Assembly (NCBI RefSeq): GCF_036321535.1
Contig: NC_087438.1
Location: forward strand, 10,046,001-10,110,000
DNA length: 64,000 nucleotides
Reading direction: 5' to 3'
Source of the DNA: Camelus dromedarius
Taxonomy: Eukaryota
Below are positions 25,446-38,727 of this stretch, piece after piece (position 1 is the stretch's first letter; each line of letters begins with the position of its first letter). The translations under genes were made by a program, and so were the position numbers. Under the pieces are notes generated by a model. It was not told the DNA's origin, did no database searches, and saw only the letters and a list, made by a program, of their open reading frames with translations.

Positions 25446-27287
25446 TAGGCTTTAACAGAATCCATCTCAGAATAAAATCTCACATGAGTTAGATGATTCC
25501 TCACTAGCCTTGAAGAAGTTTCTTCTCAATAGGCAGAAATGTTTTTAACAACATTGACATGAAAATGATGGTCTACAGCATAAAATCACTAGAGGCACAA
25601 CATGTGTCACAGAATAGGGCTCAATAAATATCTATTGATCGACTTAGCTACCGCCTGATAAGTCTTGAGATTTAATAGAGAGAGAGAGAGAAGACACCAC
25701 CAACAGCAAAAGCTTTTTTCCCCCAAAGACTGAAATTCCGGTTTTGTTCTTACTCAAGTTTTGCCACATCCTATATATTTGGCTGTTGGTTTGGAGGCCA
25801 TAATCAGGGGCAAGGAAAAGAGAGGTGCTTAGAAAAGCAGCGTGGTTGGACTGGGTTTCAACTGGCCACTAAAAAGTCTTGGCTTGGTAGATTTTCCTTT
25901 GCTCTTTTCTTTCTTTTTCAAGGGGAACATTAGGAAAGGAATGTGGCTTGCAGAAAGGCAGGGCCACGCTGGCTCTGGGAAGGGCCTCCAAGTCTCCTAC
26001 AAACTCCTCGGTGCCTGCTAATGTGGGAAACCTCTTTAGAACATTCAGTTGCATAATTGGAGAAAAGGTTTAAACCGTCTTGTGGGAGGCAATAGCTTGA
26101 CTAACATTCCTACTTAAAAATAAGTGCCGAAAATCAGATTCTGCAACTCATTATTTCAACAGGCATTTTTTTGAACACTTACTAAATCTGTGAAGCAGCA
26201 TACTAGATACAGCGAAGGATACAAAGAAAGCCTGGACTAGTCTCAGCTCTCAAGGAGCTAGTGGGAGAGACAGGCATTTAAACGTCTCATTGGATTATAA
26301 GGAGAAATGATTCTGAACAGAGTGATGAGAAAGCGTAGAGTTGGTGAGGGGGATGCTCACCTCAGACCATCAAGAGCAAAGGTCCCGTGGTGAGCACAGT
26401 TTTGGCGGAAGACTGGGAGAGCGGATGCTCTCTGGCTGCACCCTGCCAGCCCTATTTGCATAAGTGGCTGAGGTCCTGGCCTGACTGGGTCCTGGCGTTC
26501 CAGGGGCCTTCCTGCCTGGATCCTACACAAGATGTGGATGGATATCAAGGCCTGGGAACTGTGGGGACACCCTCAGACATTCTGCTTAGAACAGGCTCCA
26601 AAATGTGGGTTTGCAATAAAGGCTCCAGGAGATCCTGAGGTTTGGGACACTGACAAGGTGGATCTCTAATGTCATGCAGTCTGAAGAGCATTCCAAAGGG
26701 CAGGGCGTGAGTCAAAGGTTTTCAAGGAGTGGCACAACCCTGCCTGTGCTCCCTGAAGATCCTGGGCTGTGGTCCAAGGAGCAATGACTGGGGCTTGTGG
26801 CGACGCTGAAGTGTGGAGAAGGTCTGGAACACAAGCCCTCCCCTGAGGCAGAGCTCCCCACCTCTTCTACTTCTTTGTGACTCTCCCCCAGATTTCCCTG
26901 CCTTCAGGTACCTGCAGAGACAAGTCATCATCCCAGCATCATGAATATGTAACTTTCACTGGCTTGTTAACAACTCACTAGGATCACACAAGGGCTCGAG
27001 ATCTTGCAAAGCAGCCCTCTGCCCCAAGGAGTTCCAAAGGCTCTCACAGGTGTGTGCCCCTCCCCCCCGTCAGGTTTAGGAGGCCCTGCCCGTGTCCAGC
27101 GCAACACCCCCCTGATGCCATGATCTTTCCTGGGGAGACAGAAGCCAGGCTGTGGGCGCAGGAGAATGGGGAGAGAGGACCACATTCCCTGGGCATTAAG
27201 GGGTCTCATAGCTACACATTACTTGAATCCCAACATGTAACAGATTTGGTGGCCAGCTCCTTCAGTTTTCATATGGTTGTCACTCGT

Positions 27288-27416
27288 CTTGGGATCCAGA
27301 CTTGCATCCAGGAGGCTGGACTAAAGCCCACTCTTTTTCAAATGTTCATTCTTGGGATCCAGACTTGCATCCAGGAGGCTGGACTGAAGCCCATTCTCTT
27401 TTCCAAATTTTCATTC
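27288..27416. repeat. Two-copy 63-bp tandem duplication
   Basis: CTTGGGATCCAGACTTGCATCCAGGAGGCTGGACT(A/G)AAGCCCA... at 27288 and 27351. Confidence 0.95.
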
Positions 27417-27465
27417 TCTGCCTACAGTTTTGCTCCTGGTCTGAGCCCCTCACACCTGGATCCTT

Positions 27466-27537
27466 CTCTCCAGTAGATGAGTCTTGACACCAGAGGTTCC
27501 TCAGATAGCCTGTACCAACAGGCCACCCACCTGTATG
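27466..27537 (+). repeat. 72-bp dispersed direct repeat, copy 1
   Basis: Nearly identical to 32681-32753. Confidence 0.92.
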
Positions 27538-27919
27538 TAGGAATACCCTTGAAGCGAGAACAGCTGAGTTCTCCTCCCAGGTGGTTCCTTAAAGATTTAA
27601 AGTGCCCTATGGTTGACCAGTTATACCTAGACATTGCCAAGTGCCTCCATCTGCTGAAATCCATGTTGTGACTGTGTCGCATAGGCATGACACTTCTCGT
27701 GTCAAGGCTCCCTAGTTTATTTTGGTAAAACGGGGTGTTGAGTTAGGTCATCCTTTTCAGCTGTAAGATTCTTAATTCTAAGGCAAGTTAAAAGGCTACG
27801 GTAATTGTCCAAACATACGATGATGAGTACATAGAGAGGAAAGGATCAAAGAAGATAAGAAGGAGGTCACATAATTGAGGAATTATAATAACCAATGTTA
27901 TTCTTATAACCAATGTTAT

Positions 27920-28130
27920 CTTATGTGGTATGTAGACCATATTCAGCAATTTACATGTATTATCTAATTGAAACCTCAAACAACTGTATGATACAGGAAA
28001 TACTATTATACTCATTTTACAGATGAGGAAACCAAGGGTAAGTGTCTTGTATTTACACAGATACAGTAGCTACTTGGAGTTTGCATCTGATGCTGATTCC
28101 AGAACCATATTCTTCGCTACTGTGCTACAT
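27920..28130 (-). mobile_element. MIR
   Basis: tactattatactcattttacagatgaggaaaccaagg core. Confidence 0.8.
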
Positions 28131-28280
28131 AGCCTATCAAGACAATTTTGATTAAAATAGAAAGCTTTGGATCTTTGAAAGAGAAGGTAGGTCCATGGCA
28201 TAAAAAGCAAGATCCAGGAGATGAACTGTGCTGGAGTCTGTCTTTCCCTTACTCACAATTCAGTCCAATTGGTTTGTCTG

Positions 28281-28390
28281 TCCATCCATCTATTTATCTA
28301 TGTATCATCTGCCTGCCTACTTATCCATCCATCCATGCATCCATGCATCCATCCATCCATCCACCCATTCATCCAACTATCCATCTATCC
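28281..28390. repeat. Degenerate (ATCC)n tetranucleotide repeat
   Basis: Directly visible. Confidence 0.85.
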
Positions 28391-30567
28391 CCAGCCTTCT
28401 TCAGAAAAGAACTTGAGGAAACTTAGGAGAACTAGAGAAGTAAAAAATTCTATAATAACAATAAAAGAATAAAAGCCATGTAACAAAGGGGAGTAGATTA
28501 TTGTAAAACTGATGCAAATAACCACATAACTTAACTCTGAGCATCTTAACTTCCAAGGAATAAAAAGAAACACAGTGAGTTCTATAGTTTGCTTTAGCTC
28601 ATAAAAGGAAGCACAACCATCTGTCAGCAGAGACAGACTTTCCTACTACCAAGTCCTAAAACAGTCAGCACATGGGTCTTTATTTATTAAAGGGAAATTA
28701 AATAACAGAAGGCCAGCATCTTCCAATGCAGATGAATCCCAATGAAGGCAGAACACATCATGTTAGATCTTCATTCTTTCTGGAGGACTCCAAGGTAAAA
28801 TAACCTGGACATGTTCCATCTAGGGTAGTTTTTAGATCCTAGACTGGGGAGCTCTAGTTATGTGTGACTTACTGCTCCCCTGTACTTCAACATGGTCTCA
28901 CCTTCACCTTCTCATTGGATTCTATCTCAGGAAAGAGAAAAATACAGGGACACCAAGTAGGTAATGTCAGAGAGAGGGGAGAAGACAGGAAAGCAAGAAG
29001 ACCCGTCACCAAGGTGTCATGAAGGTGGGGACTGGGATGGAAGGGAGGGAATGGATGAAAAACTATGGCTTTTAAGTGGTTTCCATCCCGCTACCTTGGA
29101 AGAATCCAGATAACATAGCATTTCAGGCAATAGATATCAGTTCCTTTTCTTGCTTCACTGAGGGTGCGAAGAGCTGGGAGAAGCTGAGCAGAGGAGAGTC
29201 TTGCTGAAAGAACCCAAACCAGAGCTTCCTCCTGCACGTGGGAGTTATTTTCTTGAGTCTCTTCTTTGAGAAAGAACCTTTGCACCATGGAGCAGGTTGG
29301 AAGAGAGGTGGAGGTAACGCCTCCTCCCACGTGGTGAGATCTTGGCTGCTGGCTACTGCTGTGAAGGATACTGCAACATGAGAGGACAGTTGTTCAAAGC
29401 CACAAAGTGTCATCCAGACACATCTGACCTGCCCACCGTGTCCCTGGTCAGAGATCAACCTCGTCTATGCTAGGAAGCTCAGTTTCTCTTTATTCCGTGC
29501 GCATAGCCATAATTTATTTTAAAACATTACATTGTATTTGTTCTTTGTTCTATGCGTCTTGGCCTTTAACCAAAAGCAATAAAATTCTGACCCAGGAATT
29601 CTTCCCTTATCACCCCACTGCAAGGAGGGGTTTCTTACGTCTCTGAGTTCCTTTGGCATTTATTGTATCTTCTACCTAATTGAACACATATTCTGTTTTG
29701 TAATCACAATTGTCTTGTCAAGTGACTGGGTCTTAGCCTTACAACTACGTCTTGTCTCTTAGAGCTCCATGCACAGGGTCGGGCTCAAACAGGCGCTGAG
29801 CGTTGGCTGATGTCTGACTTCCAAAGCTGGAGCCGCTTCCTGGCTGCCTGGGCTGCCCTCCTTTGCCCACCTGATGAGCCCTCCACCTTTCTTCACTCCA
29901 CTCTGTCCTCAGGAGGCTGACAGGGGTGGACTCATCCACAGCCTCCCCTGCTCTCGCTCCTGGTTGGGTGCAGCCATTGGGAAGCACGGGCAGCAGATGG
30001 AGGGCGGGAGGAGAGGGCTGGACTGTTTATTCCTCTGGCTTCCTCCCTGTCGAGCTCCAGGCCCACAACTCAACCACCGTAACCAGAAATTGTCCCAAGA
30101 GCTGCTTGTTTGCCTCACATTCCACAATCTCTGGGAAGGTCCCCTCTTCTGTGGGTTTAGTTATGATCCTCTCCTGCTACTTTGAACTTCTTCGTTTCTT
30201 GACTGAAGAGTGAATGAACCACCAGCTGCACACCCTCTGTAAGACTGTGCAGCTCAAGGGGAGCAACTGCCACGTACACCTGCTGCAGGAAGGATCTTAA
30301 AGCCCCTTCTGGCTAGGGGAGGGAGAGCAGCGTGCCCTGTGGCTGGTCAAGGACAGCACCTGCCATGGGAGATCCCCAGCTGGCCCCACAAGGCCTGTCG
30401 GTTGAGGACGGTGAGGTGTGTGGTAAGACCCCTGACTCTCATGGCCGTTGGTGTGTTTTGCCCACTGGGAGGAGTCCCTCTAAGGCTTCTACTACTGCAG
30501 CAGCCTGCTTCCGGCCAGTTTCCCCTTTTCATCCTTTATGTGAGGGCCTAAGAATGTCCCAAGATGC

Positions 30568-30903
30568 TGTTTTAGTGCTTTCGGGCTGCTCTAACAAAAT
30601 ACTATAAAGTAGGTGGCCTATAAACAACAAGCATTGGTTTCTTAGAGTTCTGCAGGCCGGGAAGTCCAAGATCCTGGTGCCGATAGACTCAGCATCTGGT
30701 GACGCTCCTCTTCCTGGACGGCTGTCTTTTCCCAGGCAAGGGAGCTCTGTGGAGCCTCTTTCATGAGAGCACTAATCCCATTCATGGGGGTGCCACCCTC
30801 ATGACCTATTCAGCTCCCAAAGGCTTCATTTCCTCCCATCACCTTAGGGGTTAGGATGTCAACTTACGAATCTTGCAGGGACTCCAACATTCAGTCCATA
30901 GCA
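30568..30903 (-). mobile_element. MaLR solo LTR (MLT1A-like)
   Basis: TG...CA termini, near-TSD GATGC/CATGC, hallmark gggaagtccaagatc...gcactaatcccattcatg...acattcagtccatagca. Confidence 0.9.
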
Positions 30904-30984
30904 CATGCCCTGACACTCTCCTCCTTGTTCTGAATTAGCCACAGCTGTATCTATCAGACTCAATTTTTATTTATTTCTGTTTAA

Positions 30985-31695
30985 ACAGCTTTATTGAGAC
31001 ATCATTCACATACTGTATAATTCACCCATTTAAAGTACACAACGCAGTGCTTTTTAGTGTATTCCACCCTCTCTCAATCCCTGGCAACTACAAATCTACT
31101 TTCTGTCTCCATGGATTTGCCTACTCTGGACATTTTTTATATAAATGGAATCATGAAATCTGTGGCCTTTTGTGACTGGCTTCTTTCATGTAGCAGAATG
31201 TTTTCAGGAGTCATCTATGTTGCATCAGTGCTTCATTCCTTTTACAGCTGAATAATACCCCATTGCACGGATATACATTTTCTTTATACATCCATCAATT
31301 GATGGACATTTGAGTTGTTTCCAGTTTTGGGGCTGCCATGAACAGTGCTGCCATGAACATTTGCACACAGATTTTTGTGTGGACATGAGTTTTCATTTCT
31401 CTCAGATATATATCCAGGAGGAGAGTAACTGGGTCTTATGGTGACTGTGTTTAACTTTTCGAAGAACTGCCAGATTGTTTTCTGAAGTGGCTGCACCAGT
31501 TTACACTCCCACCAACAGTGAATGAGGTTTTAGTGTCCCTATGTCCTTGTCAGAACTTGGTTCTGGCGGCTTTTTCTTTTTTTTTTTTTTTTTAATTACG
31601 GCGGTTCCATTGGGTGTGAGGTGGTAGCTCATTCCGGTTCCCTGGTGGCTAATCATGTTCACCACCTTTGCATGTGCTTATTGGCCACCTGTATA
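30985..31695 (-). mobile_element. L1MB-like 3' fragment
   Basis: cagctttattgagacat...ttcacccatttaaagtacac...gatggacatttgagttgtttcc...gtggctgcaccagtttacactcccaccaacagtg. Confidence 0.88.
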
Positions 31696-31702
31696 CAATT
31701 TT

Positions 31703-32041
31703 TATGTCCACAATTCCCTATCCAAAACCTTAGGAACCAGATGGATTTCAGAATTCTCACCCTTTCTGAAGTTCATTAAAAAAAATGTTCAGATATGGAA
31801 AGGCAACGCAGTTTGTATACTATAAAACGCTTAGCACCCCCCAGGAAGCTCTTGGGTAGCACCCCCAAAATCACATCCTTCAATATTTATGCAGCAAAAA
31901 CATGATTCACTCTAAATGTGATAAAGTATACACATAGCCTCACATGATGTTAAGTCAGTTTTTGCCACTAAATGAGTTACAAAGAACAGTGGTTTTCAGA
32001 ACTTTTGGATTTTGGAGTCACAGAGAAGGGATAAACACCTG
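31703..32041. mobile_element. MER46C-like TcMar-Tigger non-autonomous DNA transposon
   Basis: gtccacaattccctatccaaaacc...cagaacttttggattttgg...aagggataaacacctg; decayed terminal inverted repeats; matches recalled MER46C. Confidence 0.75.
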
Positions 32042-32680
32042 CACCTGCCTTTGGGTTCCAGCCAAGGCTGTGTTGTGGCAGTGATCCAGTGGTGCCTCCC
32101 GTGAGCACTGCCCTCTGTAGTGTGGCTTTTTGAGGCCAGCTGGGGAGTAGAGCGCAAAGACAAGGTGTCAGGTCCCCTCCCTCCCTGACCTGACTTACAT
32201 GTGACCCCGTCCCAGACTTGGGTGCCGTTCTCAGCCTAGCCCCACAGTTGCCTCGGGGGTTACTGAGGTCACTGTGCTTATCCAGAAAGAGAGGTGTGGT
32301 CGAAGGTACTTTCAGGACACAGGGGAGGGAAGTAGTGGGGAGGGCAGCATTGCACAGGGTGGGGTGAATGTTAAGCCCTGCAATTACTCCCAGATATCTC
32401 TACTGTACTTTCCGGAACCTTTAACTCTACTTGTACAAACAGAGAAAGGCTGAGAATTCAGCCAGTGCTGAAACTGGGTGAACAGTGTGCATGACTATTT
32501 TGGGGTTTTCACAGAAATGGGCTCCCCACTTAGGACTGGGAGGAGAGTAATTCCAATGAATATGTGGGGAGAGGCTCTCAGCCTTCTCCCCAGTTCTGCT
32601 CCAAAGTCATAGCCATTTGCTCGGTGAGGGTTTGTGACCTAGAATCATCCCCTGCAACGGATTTCCTTTCCAGTAAGGTG

Positions 32681-32753
32681 CTCTCCAGTAGATGAGTCTT
32701 GACACCAGAGGTTCCTCAGATAGGCTCTACCAACAGGCCACCCCACCTGTATG
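32681..32753 (+). repeat. 72-bp dispersed direct repeat, copy 2
   Basis: Nearly identical to 27466-27537 (two substitutions, one extra C). Confidence 0.92.
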
Positions 32754-35450
32754 CACCCTGGCAGGTCTCCCTCCAGCCCCTCCCTGCACTTACTTCCTCT
32801 GCTGCCGGGTTACGCTGTTCTTTGCCTCATGTCTCCAAGTCTCCTAATTCAAGTAGGAATGAGTTCAGTCTGGCTTGTCTCCCGGTCCTTTCTTACTCCT
32901 CCGATGAAGGCGTTGGGGATGGAGGCGGGCAGACAGGGGCTGGCTGGTATAAGAAATGACTGCCTATGGAATCTTCCAGGGGAGGAGGGCGGCTCCTGAA
33001 GGCCAGGGTCAGGCAGGCAACGTTCATTTCTCTAGTTCACTGGTCGAGTTCACACAGCTGGTCAATATCCGAGACGGCACCAAAAACTAGTTGTCACTGG
33101 GACTTCTTTTTCCTCCGCGATGCTACCTACCCGGCGTCTCTGAAAGAAGACAGTCAACTGTACTGGTTTTGGAAAGAAATCCGATCCACTGATTGAGGTT
33201 TCTTGCTGCTTTGCGTAGCTCCTGACTTTACTCTGAGGCCAGAGATAAGGAAACAAGGAGTAAAAAGAGAGCCGAGGTGCTCTCTAAGTAGTTTTCTTGT
33301 TGTGTCTCTAGGTCCCTAAGACCAGGCAGCCGGGTGGGAGGTGCATGGGCAGGACCCCCGGTCTGGGCAGGAAAGGAGTCCTCAGAGGTGTGGCTGTACA
33401 AGAAGTTGAGTCAGTGCTAGGGGCTCGCAGCAGGGACAAAGCCAGTCACCCAGGGCCACCCCACCTTTCTCTCTGCGCATGGGTATCCTTGAGCTCCGAG
33501 TCAGCTCTGCCTGGAGCGGGTCCCATTAGTTTGTGTGATAGTCCTCAAGCATCTTCCGGAGCCTTCACACTGGGAGGTGACAGCTGCTGGTTTCTAGTTA
33601 GGGCTCTCGCCATAATTGTCTTTCACAAAGTTTTTTATAAACGTCTGTTTTATTTTCTAACATTCTGATGAGTCCACACAATCTCCAACTTTCTACCTTA
33701 AATCATGAAGAATCTTCTTATACAATAGTCCACACCTGTGATCTTTCTGATTATAAGGCAGAGTACTTACAAAATGCCTGTGAGGTTTTACTGAGGTTCC
33801 TCTACTTCGATTGCATCTCCTATTTTCCCCCACACTCAATCACAGTGGTCTCCTCTATTTTCTTCAAATAGCCAAACACAATGGGCTGCCTCAGGGCCTT
33901 TGCCCATGCAGCCTTCAGTGAGTAATCAATGACCCTAAAATATAAAATCTTTAGCACCTTAGCAAATGAACCAGGGTCAGAATTTTTCTCAGGGTCCACA
34001 CTAGACAGAGGCAGTAAGATCAGCTCTAGGCAAAAACAAAGTAGGTGCTTTTTTATTGGTAACTTCCAACACTCTTTTTCTTCTTTTATCCCTTTTATTA
34101 CTCCTGCCAACACTGGGCTAATCCACTAATCCTCTCTATCAGGCATTAAGTGATAAAGGTTTAAGATGTTAGCACTCCCTGGAGTATTTATCCCTTAGAG
34201 AAATCTTGAAGACCAGAAGTTGGCCAGGATCAGAAAGAATGACTCTCACCGGGTAGAATTTCACATTCTGCATATTTTGGGCTGGGGGCTCAATTTGAAA
34301 TTCTCTGAGGTACTGGCCAGGGACAGAAAGTCAGCAGTTATTAAGCAATGAGCCATAACACTGATCAATTTGAAGCCAAGGCAGCAAATGTAGACATTGT
34401 TACTTCTCCTGTACAATCTTCTCATTTACATACCAGTAATGACAAAACCTTGCAACTTTCACATTTGAGCTCCTTTCAAAGCCAAATCTATCTCTATCTT
34501 TATTATTGGGTTTCCCTGCTACCAGATCCAGATCTTCATCAACTCATACCCCAAGTGCAGGCAGGCATAAGCAGGTGAACACACACACACCCTCATATGC
34601 TCCCTAATTCCATCCCCTGTTCCTTTCCCAGGCTCATTGCCACCTAATTCCCTTTTCTACCTCCCACACCACGTCTTTTTGCTTGGTTTGTATATTCAGA
34701 GCTATTGCAATGACAAAAAAAATTACTGGAGTAAAGGGCTCAGAAGAGTCAGACAAAAAGGTCCAAGCCACAGCCCAGCTCGTTCTGCTCTGAATCCATA
34801 TTCACAAGCGTAGTAGCACCCTAGAAGTGGCTGACTGACTTTGACAGGTGATTGGTTAAAGTGGCTTAGTAGAGGTCACCCCAAATCAAGGAAAGCCAAG
34901 AAATCCAAGAAGCTGGGTCCATTTGTAGTCATTTGTGAGCTAACTTAACATGGCCTGGGCTAAACTGGATGCCCTGGCCCCAGTGGGTCTGTTTCTCTCC
35001 TTTTTCATGCTCCTGAATCTGCCTCAGGACCAACAGAGGGACTCTCAGGGCACTTTAGGTCACACCACTCAGGGCCACCCACTGTGTGGCATAAAAACTC
35101 AGCCCTTGGCCCTGTGCCCTGTTCACTTTAACACTCATCTCCTTGGCAGATGAGTCAAGTCTAAAGCTCAAGGTATCTTTATGCTCTTTAGCTCAAATTT
35201 AGAGTTAGGGTTCCAACTCTGGCCAGAGGTCAAGCCTCTCAAGTTGTCTTCTGGGCACTTCCACAGTACATCCTCATTAACATTGATTCACTCCCCAAAC
35301 CATTCAACCTGGAACTCGCCACATTCCTCTGGATTCTTTCTCTTTCTTTTTATCTTACACACTCATCAAATACTATCTATAAGATCAACATATACATTTC
35401 TCTCTAGAATGACACTTTCACTCAAAAATGTGGAGGACCAGTTTAGCTGG

Positions 35451-35924
35451 TGTATTTCTTAGGGCTGCTGCAACTGTGAGAACCACAGACTAGGTGGTTT
35501 AAAACAGTTCTGGAGGTTAGAGGTTTGAAATCAAAGTGCCAGTAGAGCCATGCTCTGTCTAAAACACGTAGGGGGGTCCTTCTTTGCGTCTCTCCTGGCT
35601 TCTGGTGGTTTGCTGGCAATCTTTGGCATTCCTTGGCTTGTAGATACATCATTCCAGTCCTCCATTCTCCCTGTGTGTTTGTCTTCACATGACTACCTTC
35701 TTAGAAAGGCACCAGTTATGTTGGATTAGGGGCCCACCTGGCTCCAGTATGAACTCATCTTATTTATATCTGCAATGACCCTACTTCCAAACAAGGTCAC
35801 ATTTTAAGGTACTAGGGGATAATACTTAAACGCATTTTATTTGAGTTATAGTCATTTTACAATGTTGTGTCAAATTCTTAAACGTATTTTTTTTTTGGTA
35901 GGGGACACAATTCAACCCAAAACA
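35451..35924 (-). mobile_element. MaLR solo LTR (MLT1B/C-like)
   Basis: TG...CA ends; ggcttctggtggtttgctggcaatctttggcattccttggcttgtaga; ggggacacaattcaaccc. Confidence 0.88.
35839..35876 (-). mobile_element. 38-bp 3' tip of camelid L1 inserted in the MLT1 LTR
   Basis: Reverse complement aatttgacacaacattgtaaaatgactataactcaaat; TSD CTTAAACG(C/T)ATTTT (35825-35838 and 35877-35890). Confidence 0.8.
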
Positions 35925-35947
35925 ACCGGTGAGTTAAGATATTGTTT

Positions 35948-36331
35948 TTTTTTTAAAATTTTTTATTGAAGTGTGGTTGATTTACAATGTTAGTTTCAAG
36001 TGTACAGCAAAGTGACTCAGTTATACATATTACATACACATATATTTTTTCTTTTCAAGTTCTTTTCCATTATATATTATTTTAAGAAACTGAATATAGT
36101 TCTCTGTGCTATACAATAGGTCCTTATTGTTTTTTTTAATCTATTTTATACATAGTCATGTGTCTGTTAATCCCTAACCCCTAATTTATCCCTCCCTCTG
36201 CCCTTTCCCCTTTGCTAATCATAGTTTGTTTTCTATGTACATGAGTCTGTTTTTGGTGTGTAAACAGAATTTTTCTTTTTTTAAGATTCCATGTATAAGT
36301 GATATATTTGTCTTTGTCTGACTTAATTCAC
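35948..36331 (-). mobile_element. L1_Art-like 3' UTR fragment
   Basis: Antisense homologue of 22080-22490; poly(T) start; decayed TSD TTAAGATATTGTTT / TTAAGACATTATTT. Confidence 0.85.
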
Positions 36332-38727
36332 TTAAGACATTATTTACATATGGAAATAAATACAGATGTGTAAGGAGAAGGAAAAATTCTAAAAAATGCA
36401 TTTCTAAGAAAAAGCCGTCAACTTCAAAGACATGGCTGCTTGGGTTCGCCTCCAAGATCCTCAGTGATACAACTTTCACCTGCCTCTTCACTTTCCTCCA
36501 TCTTCAGGGTTTCTTTGGTGGAAAAGTTTGAGCTGATAAAAAACTATACCTGGCCTATCCACCAGGAGCTGGTTCGGCTGCACAAAGCTGAATACTCAAT
36601 GTACAGCCATGTAACTAAATCAGGGTCTTCTTGTTCTTGTATGTTTCCATGTAACAAGAAGCCCAGAGGTGTGCAGCCCCCCAGCCATCTGTACCACGTG
36701 CTTCTGTCCTCATGTTTACCTTCTCACAGTCACACAGTGGCCTCTTCACCCCCAGCATTTTGTCTGTGTTCTGAAGAGGACAAAGGGCAAAGGGCCAAGA
36801 GCATGCACCACTGTGTCTGAACTCTTTCTTGTGAGCCCTGCCCAGTCCTCTCCATTCATTGGCCAGCACCCTGTCATGTGGCCCTCAGAGCTGGGAAATG
36901 CAGCGTATTAGCCGGGCATAGGTACTCATAAGAAGGAGAGGAAGGATATCGAGTAGACAGCTTGCTGTGTCTCCCCCAGCTGGCTCTCTCCTTTTTTATT
37001 TGCCCCATGCCTTCGAGACCAGTTTAGCTCTAGGCACACAGGAGACAGGCTGATGCTTGTGCACTGATTGCAAGGGATCTCCTCATCTTGCAGGCAAGAC
37101 ATTAAACACAAACGATGCAAATGATACAATGCAGTATAGGATGGAATGCCAGAACGACGGGTTCTCCAGAATACAGAGAAGGGAGAGGTCAATTTGAGTT
37201 ATGCAGCAGCTTCAGGAAAGGGGATGAAATTGGAGCTGAATTTTCAAAGTGGGGTAGGATCAACAGCAGCTGTCATGAAACCCTTTTAGCTCCCCCTACA
37301 CATGCTCAGATGGCATAAGGAAAAAAATCCTGTGTACAGCCTTTCTCTTATTGTAGTCTGGGGGAGCCTTCCCGCATATTCCACCCGCAGACACAAGTCT
37401 TCTACAGCGTTTCTTGAAAAGGACTCTACCTGAGATAGAACAATTGGTTGATATCTGGGGCTCCACACTAGAGAGCTCTTTTTGTCCAAACACACACCAG
37501 TCATTTCCTCTCCACTCCGATCCCCAGCACCCTCAGCAGTCATTACTGTGCAGTCAGCATTCCCTCTCAGGCCAGCTCCCAATGCCCAGAACTTGCCTCC
37601 ACCCAAGAACCCTCCAGCAGGAGCTAGCCTTTTCCAGTGCGTGCATCCCAAGTACCACCACTAAGGTACTGCCATTCTTTCCATGGCTACACGACATCCA
37701 GTCTTTCCCTCGGCCCCCAGTAGTTTTTATTTTTTTTAAATTCTGGACTTTTCTCCACCATTTAGGCAGCAAAGGGGGCTTTGTATTCACTACCAGCAGA
37801 ATAGGTTACTATGGGAAGGATGCAGAGGGAAAGAAAGAAGTTAGCACTTGGCTTCTGAATTTCAGGAGACACTTTCAGAACCTATGACACAGAGGAAATA
37901 CTTGGAGGGAAAGAGTTTTTAAATTTAAAAGAGGCTCCCAGGAACACAAAGGTTATGCCAAAAATAAAAGATTTCGAAGAAAGTGTGAGGAACCTGGAGT
38001 GAAGTTTTCTTCCTGCGGAAGAAACAACAATTCTGCAATTTGAGGGAGAGACAATGGATCGTATTAGACCCTGATTTCAGTCTCTGAGGAAGGAAGTCTG
38101 TGTCCAGGTAGGCTTGAGGGATCTGGGAGCAGAGAGCACTTGGCCTCACTCCTGGGGTGGGGAGTGGGGGTGAGAGGAGGGGTGGGACTGAGAATCCCAG
38201 TGAGTAGCTGAATGTCTTCCTGAGTGCTTGGGAGCAACTCAGGAGGGGTGCTGACTGCCAGCAGACCTTGAGAGACCCCGAGGTTTGGTGAGGAGGCTGC
38301 AACAGCAGAAAGCAGCAAGGTCATGGTAATGCCTGCAGTCCAGGCAGGAGTGTCAGGGAGATGGACAGACAGATATGGGACACACATCTGCACTGGTACC
38401 AGCATGAACCCATGATGCCCAAGGACCAGGTGCAATCTCCCATCCCCACCCCATGCTATATCACCGGTGCTTCTGGGAGCTTGGGTGCAACCCTGGGGAG
38501 AAGGTAAGATGGGGAAAGGTACTCAGCTGACAAAGAAACCCTGGACATTGTTCCTCCTAAACTAGGATTAAGCCATGAGGAGGAATGGGAGCTGGAGATA
38601 GAAAGTACCCAACAGAAAAATAAGAAAAAGAAACACTGTCAGGACACCTGGGCTGATGGCTTGTGAAACTGGAACCTAATGAATTTGTTTTTTGAGATTC
38701 TGCACATACAATTAAAATATATTTTAA

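Noticed and set aside
27288..32753. Repeats considered as a CRISPR-like array or LTR pair
   Set aside because: Only two copies each, no spacer periodicity, eukaryotic context. The 72-mers lack TG...CA ends, PBS/PPT and internal retroviral sequence.
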